A stretch of 61,545 bases of DNA from Psychromonas sp. (GTDB taxonomy: Bacteria; Pseudomonadota; Gammaproteobacteria; Enterobacterales; Psychromonadaceae). Within the stretch, counting starts at the first letter, position 1. Every line of letters begins with the position of its first letter. The position numbers and the translations under genes were made by a program. This document shows positions 20,857-31,560 of the stretch, one piece after another. The DNA lies in the NCBI GenBank assembly GCA_047632875.1, contig JBLIEH010000001.1, positions 1-61,545 on the forward strand, given 5' to 3'. The notes under the pieces were generated by a model. The model was given only the letters and a program-made list of their open reading frames with translations, was not told the origin of the DNA and searched no databases.

Positions 20857-23800
20857 TCATAAATCCTTGCCATTATTTTTTGCCAGCAAGTCTAATAGCT
20901 GTTCACTGTTTAAGGGTTTTGAAAAGAGGTAACCTTGGCCAAAATCACATCCTGCGGCGATTAATAAGTCTCTTTGTGATTTTGTTTCAATGCCCTCTGC
21001 GATCACTTTGATACCTAATCGATGAGCCATAATAATGATTGCTTCACACATCAAAAGCGCTTCATTACCTTCACTGATATTCATAATAAATTTTCGGTCA
21101 ATTTTTAAATAGTGGCTGTGGAGTTCCTGTAAGTAGGATAAAGAAGAGTAACCTGTACCAAAATCATCAAGCGCTAATTGTATACCCGTGTCTTTTAACC
21201 TTGATAAGCGCATCTGCGTGCATTGTCCTGGCTCTATTTTTAACCCTTCGGTTATTTCTATCACTAACGCACTGCCACTTACGTTTGCATTGTGCAGTTG
21301 CGCGGGCCAATTTTCCATGTCACTTTCCGGAGAGGAAAACTGTACGGGAGAGATATTAAGCGAAATTTGAAAATCGTTATTGAGAGCTTGCCTGATGAAT
21401 TGCACCTGCTTTAATGCGGAGGTAAATATCCATTTACCTAAGGAGTTGATCAACCGGGTTTCTTCAGCAAGGGGGATAAAGTCAACCGGGTTTATGATGC
21501 CTTTGGTAGGGTGTAACCAGCGGATCAATGCTTCTGCTTTATCTATTTTACCTGTCGGTAAATCAACAATAGGCTGGTAATAAAGTGTAAATTGTTGCTC
21601 CTCAATTGCATCGCGTAAGCTTTTGATTAAATCAGTACGGAAGAGGGCCGCCTCCTGCATTGCCGGGGTGAAAAAATAATAACGATTACGGCCATGCGCT
21701 TTGGCGGTATACATTGCTTGATCCGCAGATTTTAATAGATCTTCGATACAAAAGTTGTCGTTTGGATACAATGCAATGCCTATGCTGGCTGTTACATGGA
21801 TAGTATTATGCTCAACATGGTAAATCTGGGCTAAAGATTCAAGTATATTACGCGTGATGCTATTGACGTCGGATAGGTCATTAATATCACTCAGCAACAC
21901 CACAAACTCATCCCCGCCTAATCGTGCCACGGTATCAACCTTTCTGACCGCAGATGTGAGACGCCGAGCAACTTCAATTAACAGTTCATCACCGACTGCA
22001 TGGCCTAAGGCATCATTGACTTCTTTAAAGTGGTCTACATCCAGTAACAACAATGCCATCATGCTATTACCCCGTTCAGCCCTGGCAATCTCTTTTTCTA
22101 TTCGGTCTTTTAACATGGCTCTGTTTGGTAAGTGGGTCAGAGAGTCAAAATTGGCCTGCTGCCAAATAAGTTTAGCCGCTTCCTTACTCGCGCTAATATC
22201 TGTAAAAATTGCGACATAATGCTGCACACGCTGAGTTTCATTGCAGACGGTATCTATGGTTAATAACTCGCTAAAGAGTTCGCCATTTTTGCGCCTATTT
22301 TCAATTTCTCCCTGCCAATGACCTGTGCTGCTGATTTGTTCCCACATTTCTCTATAAAAGTTTTTATTATGATTATCTGAACTTAATTTTGAGAAATTTT
22401 GCCCGATAATTTCTTCCAGTGCATATTGTGTTAACCGGGAAAATGCAGGATTTACATCTAAAATTAACCCGTTTTCGTCTGTTATCGCCATGCTTTCACT
22501 GCTATTTCTATATACAGATGCCGCCAGCTGAGTCGCTGCTTCATTATTTTTACGCAGTGTTATATCTCTTAAGGTGACCACAAAGCTCATCTCATTAGCG
22601 AGTGCAGTGCAGCGCATTTCGTAGCTATATTGTTGATCTTCTCGCGGAAGAGAAAATTCCCAGGTTAAATGTTGTGTTGTCTGTTGTGAACGCATGGCAT
22701 GCAGTAACTGTGTAGCAATCTGTTCGGGTAAAAGGGCTGAAATATGAATATCTTGATCCACTGGGATTGGCATAAAAGCATCAAGTTTTGTATAGCTCAG
22801 AATATTACCGTCATGAGACACTTTTAAATAGGTATCAGGTAAGGAATTTAATACTGATTTGAGATCGTCAATATGCTTAATCGCATTGCTTTCGCTTTGT
22901 AAATAAATACGCGCCATCTGTTGAAACTTTTCCTGCAATTTTTTTAATTCGCTAATATTACTGTTTTTTATCTTTGGGATTAATTTTCCTTTTAGTAAAT
23001 TGTCAGTTGCGCTGGTTAATAGATCCAAGGGTGATAAGACAGTTTTTTTAAAGTGCTTTAAGATTAACAATAAAATTAATAAGTTGAAGGCAATAAATAG
23101 TAATGTCCTACTGTAGAGGGTTTGATAGGTTACTTTACGCGTTGCACTAATCGGGTATTTTACACTGATAGTCACCGCATTATTTTCATTACCTTCAAAT
23201 ATAATACTGCGCTGTATACTATTTGAAATTAATGAAAAATCAAACCAATCGCTAAATAGAGAGGAGGGGGGACTTGTTGCTGATAGAGGTTTCTTCTGCC
23301 CTAACTGTTCTGAATTGTCGGGGTGGCTTGCAATAATATTATCGTTATGATCGCTAATATAAACTTCTGTACCCTTTGGTAAATTCAATTTAATTAAGGC
23401 GTCCCGCCACCAATGGACAGACATCTCGGCAACGATTGCACCAATCAAATCTTCGCTAGCCGTTTTATAAACTGGATATGCATAATTAACCGCTAAGCTT
23501 TTAGTCATTGGGTCTTGTTTTATTTCACTGATGGTGAGGTTGTTGTGTCCTAATCGTTGTTGAAAGTAAATACTGTCTTTGATGCTCAGCCCTTTTCTCG
23601 TTGGCGTGGCGTTGCATAACAGATCTCCATCAAGGATAGGCATGCCTAAATTTGAAAATGTAGGGATGAGCTTTAACATTGTTGCTAAAAAATCACTGCA
23701 TAGTTGATGATCTGCAGATTGTAAGGGAGGCATTTTTGCTAATTGTTGCAGAAAATGAGTGGTTTGTATTATCTGTGATTGTTGCTGTTGGATTAATTGA

Positions 23801-23979
23801 TGAATAACCTTGATTGAATCCTCTTCACTTTCCAGGAGCGCAGCATTTTTATTATCCCAAAATTGCCCGTAAAGTATTAATATACTGGGCATGGAGATAA
23901 TAAGTAATAAAGCAAATAGCCTGAATTTGAGTGTAGTTGTAAAAATAACGCTCACCTTGTTTTTGAAAACCCCGTTCAT
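20857..23979 (-). CDS. Membrane sensor, Cache-like/HAMP/PAS/GGDEF/EAL diguanylate cyclase-phosphodiesterase
   Basis: Two TM segments, periplasmic domain, PAS, RKVD..RLGGDEF, AEALIRW, DDFGTGYSSL, IAEGIE. Confidence 0.92.
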   Translation of the reverse strand: MNGVFKNKVSVIFTTTLKFRLFALLLIISMPSILILYGQFWDNKNAALLESEEDSIKVIHQLIQQQQSQIIQTTHFLQQLAKMPPLQSADHQLCSDFLATMLKLIPTFSNLGMPILDGDLLCNATPTRKGLSIKDSIYFQQRLGHNNLTISEIKQDPMTKSLAVNYAYPVYKTASEDLIGAIVAEMSVHWWRDALIKLNLPKGTEVYISDHNDNIIASHPDNSEQLGQKKPLSATSPPSSLFSDWFDFSLISNSIQRSIIFEGNENNAVTISVKYPISATRKVTYQTLYSRTLLFIAFNLLILLLILKHFKKTVLSPLDLLTSATDNLLKGKLIPKIKNSNISELKKLQEKFQQMARIYLQSESNAIKHIDDLKSVLNSLPDTYLKVSHDGNILSYTKLDAFMPIPVDQDIHISALLPEQIATQLLHAMRSQQTTQHLTWEFSLPREDQQYSYEMRCTALANEMSFVVTLRDITLRKNNEAATQLAASVYRNSSESMAITDENGLILDVNPAFSRLTQYALEEIIGQNFSKLSSDNHNKNFYREMWEQISSTGHWQGEIENRRKNGELFSELLTIDTVCNETQRVQHYVAIFTDISASKEAAKLIWQQANFDSLTHLPNRAMLKDRIEKEIARAERGNSMMALLLLDVDHFKEVNDALGHAVGDELLIEVARRLTSAVRKVDTVARLGGDEFVVLLSDINDLSDVNSITRNILESLAQIYHVEHNTIHVTASIGIALYPNDNFCIEDLLKSADQAMYTAKAHGRNRYYFFTPAMQEAALFRTDLIKSLRDAIEEQQFTLYYQPIVDLPTGKIDKAEALIRWLHPTKGIINPVDFIPLAEETRLINSLGKWIFTSALKQVQFIRQALNNDFQISLNISPVQFSSPESDMENWPAQLHNANVSGSALVIEITEGLKIEPGQCTQMRLSRLKDTGIQLALDDFGTGYSSLSYLQELHSHYLKIDRKFIMNISEGNEALLMCEAIIIMAHRLGIKVIAEGIETKSQRDLLIAAGCDFGQGYLFSKPLNSEQLLDLLAKNNGKDL

Positions 23980-24692
23980 AATTGAGAATTAGGACTAATA
24001 AATTCTTTTTATTTTGAAACATCCAATCATTTCTATTTCCTTAATAATAGGCTGAATTCCAGTAATTGCTTATAGGATCTGATCCATGCTAACAATATTA
24101 TTGATCAAGGTATCGTAACTGCAAATAGGTTAGATTCTAATCAGTTGCAAATGCAGGTTAAGCTCTTCTTTATGGCCCTAAGTTTACCTAATAGCAAAAA
24201 TCACCTGATACCAACCCCATTCACTTTCTGCTCCTCTACGCGGGTTAAAACACCTGCCTGCGCGAGTATTTAATTGCCGAGATGGCCCTCCTGATTTTTT
24301 TAACCAAGACTTATTTGGTGGTTTATTATTGCGTCTGAGTGGCAACATAAGACATGGAAAGTGGGTTTTATTTTATTGTTTTTACTCGCATATTAGTCTA
24401 TTTCTGATACGGATATCAGAACGTTATTTTAATGCTTTAATTTAAGAAATCATTTATCATATAGGAATGAAAATTTTGTCATTTATTCTGCTTGATAACT
24501 GCCATATTAGGAATTAGTAATGGCTATTATCATGTTGAACATGTTCGCTGGCCAAATAGTTTGAAGAACAGGATCTATGTGGTTGACAAGGAAGCGGGGA
24601 TTGATTTTAACCTGGGGTGATATAGGGATAAATTAATGTGCTTGCTATGAGATTGCCGATTAATGATTATAATTGCACCTTCTGGATATTGT

Positions 24693-25709
24693 ATGAATAA
24701 AGATTTAACTTATCAACAATTACAAGCAAAGGTAAGCTTGCTTGAAAAACAGCTCAAGGAGTCTGATCTTTTAATGAATGAATCATTAAAAGAGCGCCAT
24801 TTTTTGAAAACCTTGGCTAATACTCTTCCTACTCCAATGTTTTTTAAAGATGCCCAGGGCGTTTATAGAAGTTGTAATGCCTGCTTTGCAGAGATTATCT
24901 TCGGGGTGAGCAAAGACCAAATAGTGAATAACTCATTGTTTGATTTAGCCTCGTACATACCCTCCGAATCAGCTCAGGGTTATCACGCTAAAGATCAGTA
25001 TTTGTTAGAAAATCCAGGCAAGCAGGTCTATCAATCATCGGTACATTGTGCAGATGGTTTAGTTCGGATTTATGTGTTTCACAAAGCCTCTGTGCATGAT
25101 CTGAAAAATAATGTGGTCGGTATTGTGGGGGTGATGCTGGATGTGACTGAATTAGAAAATCAGAAGTTGGTGTTACAAGAAAAGAGTCAACAACTAGAGG
25201 CGCATTCTGCAACTGATCCATTAACCGGATTGCATAATAGGCGAAAATTTAATGATATATTTGTCACCAGTTTAAGCATTGCAAAACGGCAAACACGATT
25301 ATTAAATTTTGCCATTGTTGATGTTGATAATTTCAAAAATTTTAATGATAATTATGGCCATGTAGCGGGTGATAATGCACTTATTTTATTGTCCCGTTTT
25401 CTGCAAAAGAGCTTATTGCGTGCCGATGATTACATCTTTAGATTAGGCGGGGAAGAGTTCGGTTTGTTGTTTTACAGTAATGATGAAGTCAGCGCCCGTG
25501 ACTTTGCCAATAATATGCGCCAAGGCGTCGAAAATTTAGCGATTGACCATGTTCAAAATGAAAACCATAAATTATTAACTATTTCGCTCGGCATGGTGAC
25601 CATAAAGCATAAAACTAAAAGTATGTTAACTATTTATGAACAGGCAGACAATTTAATGTACAGGGCGAAAAAAAGCGGCAGAAATAGGATTGTCAGCCTG
25701 GTTATTTAA
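24693..25709 (+). CDS. PAS-GGDEF diguanylate cyclase
   Basis: PAS (FFKDAQG...CN), DPLTGLHNRR, RADD I-site, RLGGEEF; ATG at 24693 or 24663. Confidence 0.92.
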   Translation: MNKDLTYQQLQAKVSLLEKQLKESDLLMNESLKERHFLKTLANTLPTPMFFKDAQGVYRSCNACFAEIIFGVSKDQIVNNSLFDLASYIPSESAQGYHAKDQYLLENPGKQVYQSSVHCADGLVRIYVFHKASVHDLKNNVVGIVGVMLDVTELENQKLVLQEKSQQLEAHSATDPLTGLHNRRKFNDIFVTSLSIAKRQTRLLNFAIVDVDNFKNFNDNYGHVAGDNALILLSRFLQKSLLRADDYIFRLGGEEFGLLFYSNDEVSARDFANNMRQGVENLAIDHVQNENHKLLTISLGMVTIKHKTKSMLTIYEQADNLMYRAKKSGRNRIVSLVI

Positions 25710-25807
25710 CTTCATCCCAGCGCACTGTTTTAATCACTATTATTTCATTGATTTGCCTAAAATAGCCCCAATTATCGCCGAGCGGGAGCTAATTCCTTAG
25801 TCCTCCT

Positions 25808-27994
25808 TTATGATCCCGCAGCAGGTAAACTGAGTAAAACCTCAACACCCAAACCATCCTGCCGATTTTGGATAGTTATTTCCCCCTGGTGGAATTCAGC
25901 GATCATTTTTGCGATAAATAACCCTAACCCCAGATGGGTTTTATCCTGCGAATTTTTAGTGCGCACTGAAACCATCGAGTTTAACAGTTGATCGGTCATA
26001 TTGTCCGGTAATAGTGGGCCGATGTTACTGACAAGCAAGTAAGCAAATTTTCCCTCCATTTTGAGTGTGATTTCAATGGCATTTACTGTCTTACTAAACT
26101 CCATCGCATTAGCGATTAATTTATCAAATAGTTGCACAATAAAATCAGGATCAGCAATAATCTGCAGTGCTTGCTGAGGCATTGATAATTGGAAATGGAA
26201 GGCCGGGTAGGTCATTTGATAACCCTGCACACAGCCATCGACCAGATCATTAAATTTAAGCTGCTGTTTTTCACTGTGCTGCAGACTTTGCTCAATGCGA
26301 GTTGCCTCACTCATGCAGGTTAAAATACGATTTAGGCGGTTTATACCCTGTTGTGAGCGCTTGATATATTTTTTGTTATCCTCATTTTGCGGTAATAAAG
26401 CTAAATTTTCTAATGAGGAGCGCACTACGGCAACAGGGGTGCGCAACTCATGGGATAAACGCGGGGCAAGCTGCTCTAAATAGTGGTGATATTGTCCGAG
26501 GCGATTAACCATATCTGACAAACCCCGAGACAAGTCGCCAATTTCATCCGTTGAACACGATGGAGAAAAAGGCGCTGAAATACGCCCCTGAGAGTCAATG
26601 GCATTATCTGCCTGATTGCGTAATGTTCGAATACGGCGCGCGATACTAGAGGCAAATATAAACAGCAACAAAGCGCCAATAAGGATGATACTGACCAGTA
26701 CATTAAACAATTTTTTGAAGGCTTGATTACCTAATGCAAGAATGCCATTGGTGGTCTCTTCGGCAACCACGACTCCCATCACCTGATTACCGACCATAAT
26801 AGGATAAGCGGCTGATAATATAATGGCTTTATTATCTTTACTAAGCCGCCGGTTTGTTTGTAACTGGCCAGTTAATGCCTGCTTAATAAAATGGCTATTT
26901 AAACGCGTTGTATCTTTTAAGTCATCAACAAAATCCGTTGAGGGCGGTGATAAAACAAGATCGTAGAGAGGATCAAGTATCCGAGACGCCAATCTGCTCC
27001 ACTGAGATTCCGGTTGTGATTGAGCCGAGGTCCAAACACCATCGGCTTGAAGAATATTGCCGCTTTTAGCGATCATCCGTTGATGGCGATCTAGCACCCA
27101 TATTCTTGATTTTGTATGGCTCATCCCTTTTAATATACGGCTGATTTCCGGGGAAGGGACTAATACCGTGCCAAGCTCTGCTAGATTGCGGGTATTGGAT
27201 GTTGATATAATGCTGTCGACCCGGCGTGTTTTTGGATCCGATACGCTGTGCAGCGCAAAGCCTAATTGATTGCCAAGCATTTCCTGTGGTAAACGAAACT
27301 CTATGTTGTAACCGGCACCCGTTAATTTCCAAAATCCCTGGATACGTTTTTCGCGTTGTAATTGCGTCATATCCGCGCTTAAGTCGGGCATGGAATAAGC
27401 GTTAAACCAGCCACTTTTATAGACAGAGACAATATAACGCTGTAGCACACCTTGAGGATTGGTAAGCGCAATGATCATATGATCGTTTTGATCCATTTCA
27501 GGCGATTTAATGTCTCTAAAAACGGGTTTTTTATCTATTACCTGCAAATATGCGTATAAATAGCCATTACGTTTACCCAGCAGATGGGTAAAAGAAATCG
27601 GGTTTTTGGTGTTTTTATCGGTTTGAAAACGCACCTGTTTTTGCCCATAAAAAAGACTCTGCTGCTGAATATCTTGCCAATCGTTTAACAAACCATCAAG
27701 ATTAATTGCCCGCTCAAGCTGATAGGAATACAAATCTTTGCCGGGATTAATTTCGTCTAACAAACTGGCTTGCTGATTAAACAGCTCGGGGCGTTCATGC
27801 AAGGCAGTCGCGACCGCTTGTGTTGTGCCGATCAGGGTCTGCTCCTGCCCCTGACGCAGGAAATTTTGCATTTCCTGCAAATATTGATATCCAAGCCAGG
27901 GGAAGATCAATAATAAGCTGGATAACAGGATGATTTTTGTGCGTAATCCGAGAGTGAACTTTCTCACGAGTTTGCTTCTGAGGAAATATCCCAA
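25808..27994 (-). CDS. pdsS: Proteobacterial dedicated sortase system histidine kinase
   Basis: LRTKIILLS..LL..PWLGYQY..EM..FLRQGQEQTL, SHELRTP, HLGLGL; sits with the OmpA-like and sortase genes. Confidence 0.88.
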   Translation of the reverse strand: MGYFLRSKLVRKFTLGLRTKIILLSSLLLIFPWLGYQYLQEMQNFLRQGQEQTLIGTTQAVATALHERPELFNQQASLLDEINPGKDLYSYQLERAINLDGLLNDWQDIQQQSLFYGQKQVRFQTDKNTKNPISFTHLLGKRNGYLYAYLQVIDKKPVFRDIKSPEMDQNDHMIIALTNPQGVLQRYIVSVYKSGWFNAYSMPDLSADMTQLQREKRIQGFWKLTGAGYNIEFRLPQEMLGNQLGFALHSVSDPKTRRVDSIISTSNTRNLAELGTVLVPSPEISRILKGMSHTKSRIWVLDRHQRMIAKSGNILQADGVWTSAQSQPESQWSRLASRILDPLYDLVLSPPSTDFVDDLKDTTRLNSHFIKQALTGQLQTNRRLSKDNKAIILSAAYPIMVGNQVMGVVVAEETTNGILALGNQAFKKLFNVLVSIILIGALLLFIFASSIARRIRTLRNQADNAIDSQGRISAPFSPSCSTDEIGDLSRGLSDMVNRLGQYHHYLEQLAPRLSHELRTPVAVVRSSLENLALLPQNEDNKKYIKRSQQGINRLNRILTCMSEATRIEQSLQHSEKQQLKFNDLVDGCVQGYQMTYPAFHFQLSMPQQALQIIADPDFIVQLFDKLIANAMEFSKTVNAIEITLKMEGKFAYLLVSNIGPLLPDNMTDQLLNSMVSVRTKNSQDKTHLGLGLFIAKMIAEFHQGEITIQNRQDGLGVEVLLSLPAAGS

Positions 27995-28668
27995 CGATAA
28001 CCCATGCCGTAGAGCGACGTGACCTCATTAAAGTTAGCATCTAGGCAGAGGAATTTTTTGCGAATTCGTTTGATATGGGAGGTGATAGTATTGTCGTCAA
28101 CAACCATATTGGCGTCCTGCATTAACTGCTGCCTGTTGCGCACTATGCCAGCTCTATTTGCCAAAGCATGGACAATCCAAAATTCAGTGACAGTGAAATC
28201 TAAAGGTTGTGATGCCCAGCAAATCTGCATTTTATCGTTATCAATCGTTAATAAACCACGCTTTAACAGGCGCTTGTGATCCGTGGGTTGTTGCTGTAAA
28301 TCAATACGGCGAAACAAGGCACTGATCCGCACCATTAAATGCGCCAGTCCAATATCCTTGCTTAAATAATCATCTGCTCCCATCCGTAATCCTGAAATAG
28401 TATCAAAATCATTATCGCGCGCGGTTAAAAAAATGATAGGGACGGTTTGTGAAAGCTGGCGTAATGCCTGACAAAGCGTAAATCCTCCCTCATATTCATT
28501 GCCTAAACCAATATCAATAATGGCTAAATCCGGTAAACGGATTTCAAAGGCGGCAATCGCGGTCAGCCTATCCGCATAAGCCTCCACCCGATAACCTTGT
28601 TTATTCATTAAATCTGCATAATTTTCTCGGATTGATTTTTCATCTTCGACAATAGCAATTCGTTTCAT
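27964..28668 (-). CDS. pdsR: Proteobacterial dedicated sortase system response regulator (OmpR family)
   Basis: MKRIAIVEDE..IRENY, DIGL..E..GGF, ISGLRMGADDY, TITSHIKRIRKKF; start moved to ATG 28668. Confidence 0.9.
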   Translation of the reverse strand: MKRIAIVEDEKSIRENYADLMNKQGYRVEAYADRLTAIAAFEIRLPDLAIIDIGLGNEYEGGFTLCQALRQLSQTVPIIFLTARDNDFDTISGLRMGADDYLSKDIGLAHLMVRISALFRRIDLQQQPTDHKRLLKRGLLTIDNDKMQICWASQPLDFTVTEFWIVHALANRAGIVRNRQQLMQDANMVVDDNTITSHIKRIRKKFLCLDANFNEVTSLYGMGYRWDISSEANS

Positions 28669-28744
28669 ATTTTTATCTTGAAGATCGGGTAAAGGAAAAC
28701 TCAGTATATATGAAAAATGCCAAGGCAAAAGGGCTGCACGATGA

Positions 28745-28786
28745 TTGCCATTTTTTGAACATCATTGATCAGCGTTTTGCCATTTT
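28745..28786. promoter_or_regulatory. Candidate PdsR boxes (TTGCCATTTT direct repeat)
   Basis: Identical 10-mers at 28745 and 28777 in the divergent pdsR/pdsO spacer. Confidence 0.35.
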
Positions 28787-28883
28787 GTTAACCCTAAAAG
28801 GACATAAGGTTTTGCTTAAATAAGAGCATCAAAAAGAGGCGTTTAATAAAGCGACTTATTAAAAAATAACAGGACAAAAGAGT

Positions 28884-29723
28884 ATGAGCAGTAACAACAA
28901 ATCAATTGTACAAAAATCAACTATCAGCATGGTGATCCTATCCGTCATCGCGGTCGGGATAATTACATTGCAGGATCATTTTAATAAAGGTTATCTGGCA
29001 GAGCAAAATCATACTGAGCAGATAAATAATCATGCCCCTATCGAAACTATCTCGTTAGCCGAACCAGAGGAAATTAACCTGCATGCGCAGTCCAAGCTTA
29101 TTTCCGAAGCAGCGATTGCAGAGCCGATAGGTAACATGTCACTGCCAAGTAAGGAGAGCGTTTTATTCGCCCTTGGTTCTGCCCAAATAAAGCCTGACTA
29201 TTTCACCGTCTTAAGCGCAACGGCGAAGCAGATAAAAATGTCTGTTAAGGATGAACAGATTGTTTGGCAAATTGTGGGGCACGCTGATCACAGCGGCACG
29301 GCTCAATTTAATCTCAAACTCGCCAAACAACGTGCTCAAACTGTCGCTGATTTCTTGCTGAATAAGGGGGTGGAACAAGCGCAGTTATCGGTTCTTTCCC
29401 TGGGTGAGAGTGCCCCGGTGACATTGGATCCAATCCGCACATCCAACCCTGTGGATCGCCGTGTTGAAATTCATCTTTATCAAGCAGAAATAGCGACGTT
29501 AGCAAAACAGTTAAACAGAGCAATAAACCCCTCAGACCCGCATAAACAAAAAATTAAGCAGCTGCAGGCGCCGAGAGTGGAGCAGGTAGCTGAGCAAGTC
29601 GTGGGTCAAGTAGCGGGTCAAATAATTCCCTCGGTGTTCGCTGCCTCAGTACTTGCTAAAAGGAGGTTTGCGTTTAAACAACAGCAAGCCTTTGTAAAAA
29701 CATCTGCTGTGTTCACGTTTTAA
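28884..29723 (+). CDS. pdsO: Sortase-associated OmpA-like protein (PdsO position)
   Basis: N-terminal hydrophobic segment; OmpA_C domain (VLF..GS, IVGHAD..G, NLKLAKQRA, DRRVEI); position in the pds locus. Confidence 0.72.
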   Translation: MSSNNKSIVQKSTISMVILSVIAVGIITLQDHFNKGYLAEQNHTEQINNHAPIETISLAEPEEINLHAQSKLISEAAIAEPIGNMSLPSKESVLFALGSAQIKPDYFTVLSATAKQIKMSVKDEQIVWQIVGHADHSGTAQFNLKLAKQRAQTVADFLLNKGVEQAQLSVLSLGESAPVTLDPIRTSNPVDRRVEIHLYQAEIATLAKQLNRAINPSDPHKQKIKQLQAPRVEQVAEQVVGQVAGQIIPSVFAASVLAKRRFAFKQQQAFVKTSAVFTF

Positions 29724-29752
29724 TTTAAATCCGAAAATCAAGGAGAGCTTTT

Positions 29753-30169
29753 ATGGCGCATTTCAAATTGCCCAATAAAAATAATAAAAATATTACTAAG
29801 CAGCTGTTTAGAATGCCTTTATTACTCTTTATTATATTGCTGTCGAGTCACCTATCGAGTAATGAACTGCCCGCACAAATGCAGCAGGAAGAAATAACCA
29901 GGCTTAGCTCTGATCAGCAAATCGTCACCCAGTTCGCAACTGTGCTTACCAGCGATCAAAAAATATCTTCTTCCACTTTGGTAAGCGGTGTTAATCAACA
30001 GATTATCAGGAGTCTGCCGCAGGGAAATATAAGTTCCTTGCCGCAAACCGCTATCGTCAGTGATTTATACCAAAATGTCGGATTTTGGATGCTCCTCTTT
30101 GCCGCGATATTTTGGATTATTGAACGTCATTTTATTAATGATAAAACATTTAACCACTGGCAGGGATAA
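29753..30169 (+). CDS. Minimal sortase-target protein (LPQTA sorting signal)
   Basis: AAGGAG RBS, N-terminal hydrophobic stretch, LPQTA (30038-30052) followed by TM segment and charged tail; lies between pdsO and the sortase. Confidence 0.75.
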   Translation: MAHFKLPNKNNKNITKQLFRMPLLLFIILLSSHLSSNELPAQMQQEEITRLSSDQQIVTQFATVLTSDQKISSSTLVSGVNQQIIRSLPQGNISSLPQTAIVSDLYQNVGFWMLLFAAIFWIIERHFINDKTFNHWQG

Positions 30170-30173
30170 TAAA

Positions 30174-30839
30174 ATGGCAGTATTAAAAGCGAATGAAAAA
30201 AAACGGTTCACTTTTTTAAAAAACAAAAGCAGGCGCTTAAGTCTTTACCATAAAGTACTGCTTGCCATTACCCTGATAGCCATTTCACTTTTTGCGCAGG
30301 GTATCTATAAAGAGGGTAAAGTGATTGTAACGCAGCGATTACTGAGCTTCGCCTGGGCGTCTCATCTACAGGATGGAGAAACGCATAAGCCATGGCCCTG
30401 GGCAGAGAGCGGGCCCATTGCTCAGTTAAGCATTGCCGGACAAGCCCCTTTAATAGTGATCAAAGGTGCGAGCGCGCGTCATTTAGCCTTGGCACCTGCC
30501 TGGATGGTTTCCAGTAGCGGCTTTGGTCAAGCAGGCAACAGTGTTGTGCTGGCAGATAATGACAGGTATTTTAAGCAGCTTAAAGATGTAAAGTTAAACA
30601 GCTATTTAACGCTGGATACTTATCCAAATCTACAATTAGATTATCAGGTTATAGCCACAAAAATCGTTAATAAAAAAGACTTGTCGGCATTGGATGTGGC
30701 CGATCAGGAGATACTCACCTTAGTAACCAATTACCCCTTACAAAGCCGTATTAGCAACAGTGAATTACGTTTTGTGGTGATAGCAAAAAGAATAAAACAG
30801 CCATTTTCTGATCTTAATTTAGCAAGGATAAATTATTAA
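30174..30839 (+). CDS. Class GN sortase homologue with substituted catalytic residues
   Basis: K....Q.LL..AW, KPWPWA..P, GAS.R.LA.AP; NSVVLADND in place of NSVIAGHRD; TLVTNYP in place of TLxTCYP; LRFVV. Confidence 0.85.
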   Translation: MAVLKANEKKRFTFLKNKSRRLSLYHKVLLAITLIAISLFAQGIYKEGKVIVTQRLLSFAWASHLQDGETHKPWPWAESGPIAQLSIAGQAPLIVIKGASARHLALAPAWMVSSSGFGQAGNSVVLADNDRYFKQLKDVKLNSYLTLDTYPNLQLDYQVIATKIVNKKDLSALDVADQEILTLVTNYPLQSRISNSELRFVVIAKRIKQPFSDLNLARINY

Positions 30840-31465
30840 CATGTTTATGCACTTAACTCAGGTGAGAAAATATAATTGATGAAAATATATTAACCGGGCA
30901 TTCCAAACCCGTTTTAGGTATAAACCATCGGATTTTCAGGAGTAAATTATTTGAGATATTGGCCCCATACAATCAATAATGACTCTGTTCCTCTTGTTTG
31001 AATTCCCCTCCAGTTTCTCCTCTTGTGAGGTGCTTAATACATGAATCTCTTGTAAGCAAAAAAACAGCCAACGGGTTGCCGGTTTTTGCGTTGGTTTGTA
31101 TATGCAATAGGGGAAATAGATCGATCCCGCTTTGAGATCTTTTCTCATATTTAGCTGTTTTTAGCCTACTAAGGTGATATTTTACGATTTTTTGACCCCT
31201 TCATTATCATTGAGATTACCGCTAGTAGATTACATGCAGATCGGGATTCCTGCTGTAGCCGCGTACAGATTATATGTTTACCTACCCACCTACCTAGCTA
31301 TTTACTTATTGTTTGAAACCACAATAGGGAACGCTAAATTTAACAATCCCAGAGTTTGAACGGCTCATATCAACAAGTTAATAATTTTTAACCAGCAGAA
31401 AAGTTAATTAAACACCCACACAATTGAACTACATAGGGCGCATCTGTTGCGTATTTAAGTTAATG

Positions 31466-31496
31466 GAAATTGCTTTGCAAATTGCAAAGCAATTTC
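31466..31496. promoter_or_regulatory. LuxO-type enhancer 1 (perfect palindrome)
   Basis: GAAATTGCTTTGCAA-A-TTGCAAAGCAATTTC; core TTGCA-AAT-TGCAA 31475-31487. Confidence 0.75.
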
Positions 31497-31560
31497 AATC
31501 CACCGATTAAAAAACTTATAGTTAAATTTGTAAGTAACTGTATCTGTTGTGTTATTTTTA

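Noticed and set aside
24207-24320. Further copy of the MITE-like family (ATACCAA...GGTTAAAA)
   Set aside because: Too decayed to define ends or align by eye
30936-31359. Short ORFs and a minus-strand hairpin/T-run (~31058-31100) as a divergent LuxO-driven gene
   Set aside because: No minus-strand GG-N10-GC found at a suitable distance from the 31475 box; the ORFs lack an RBS and motifs
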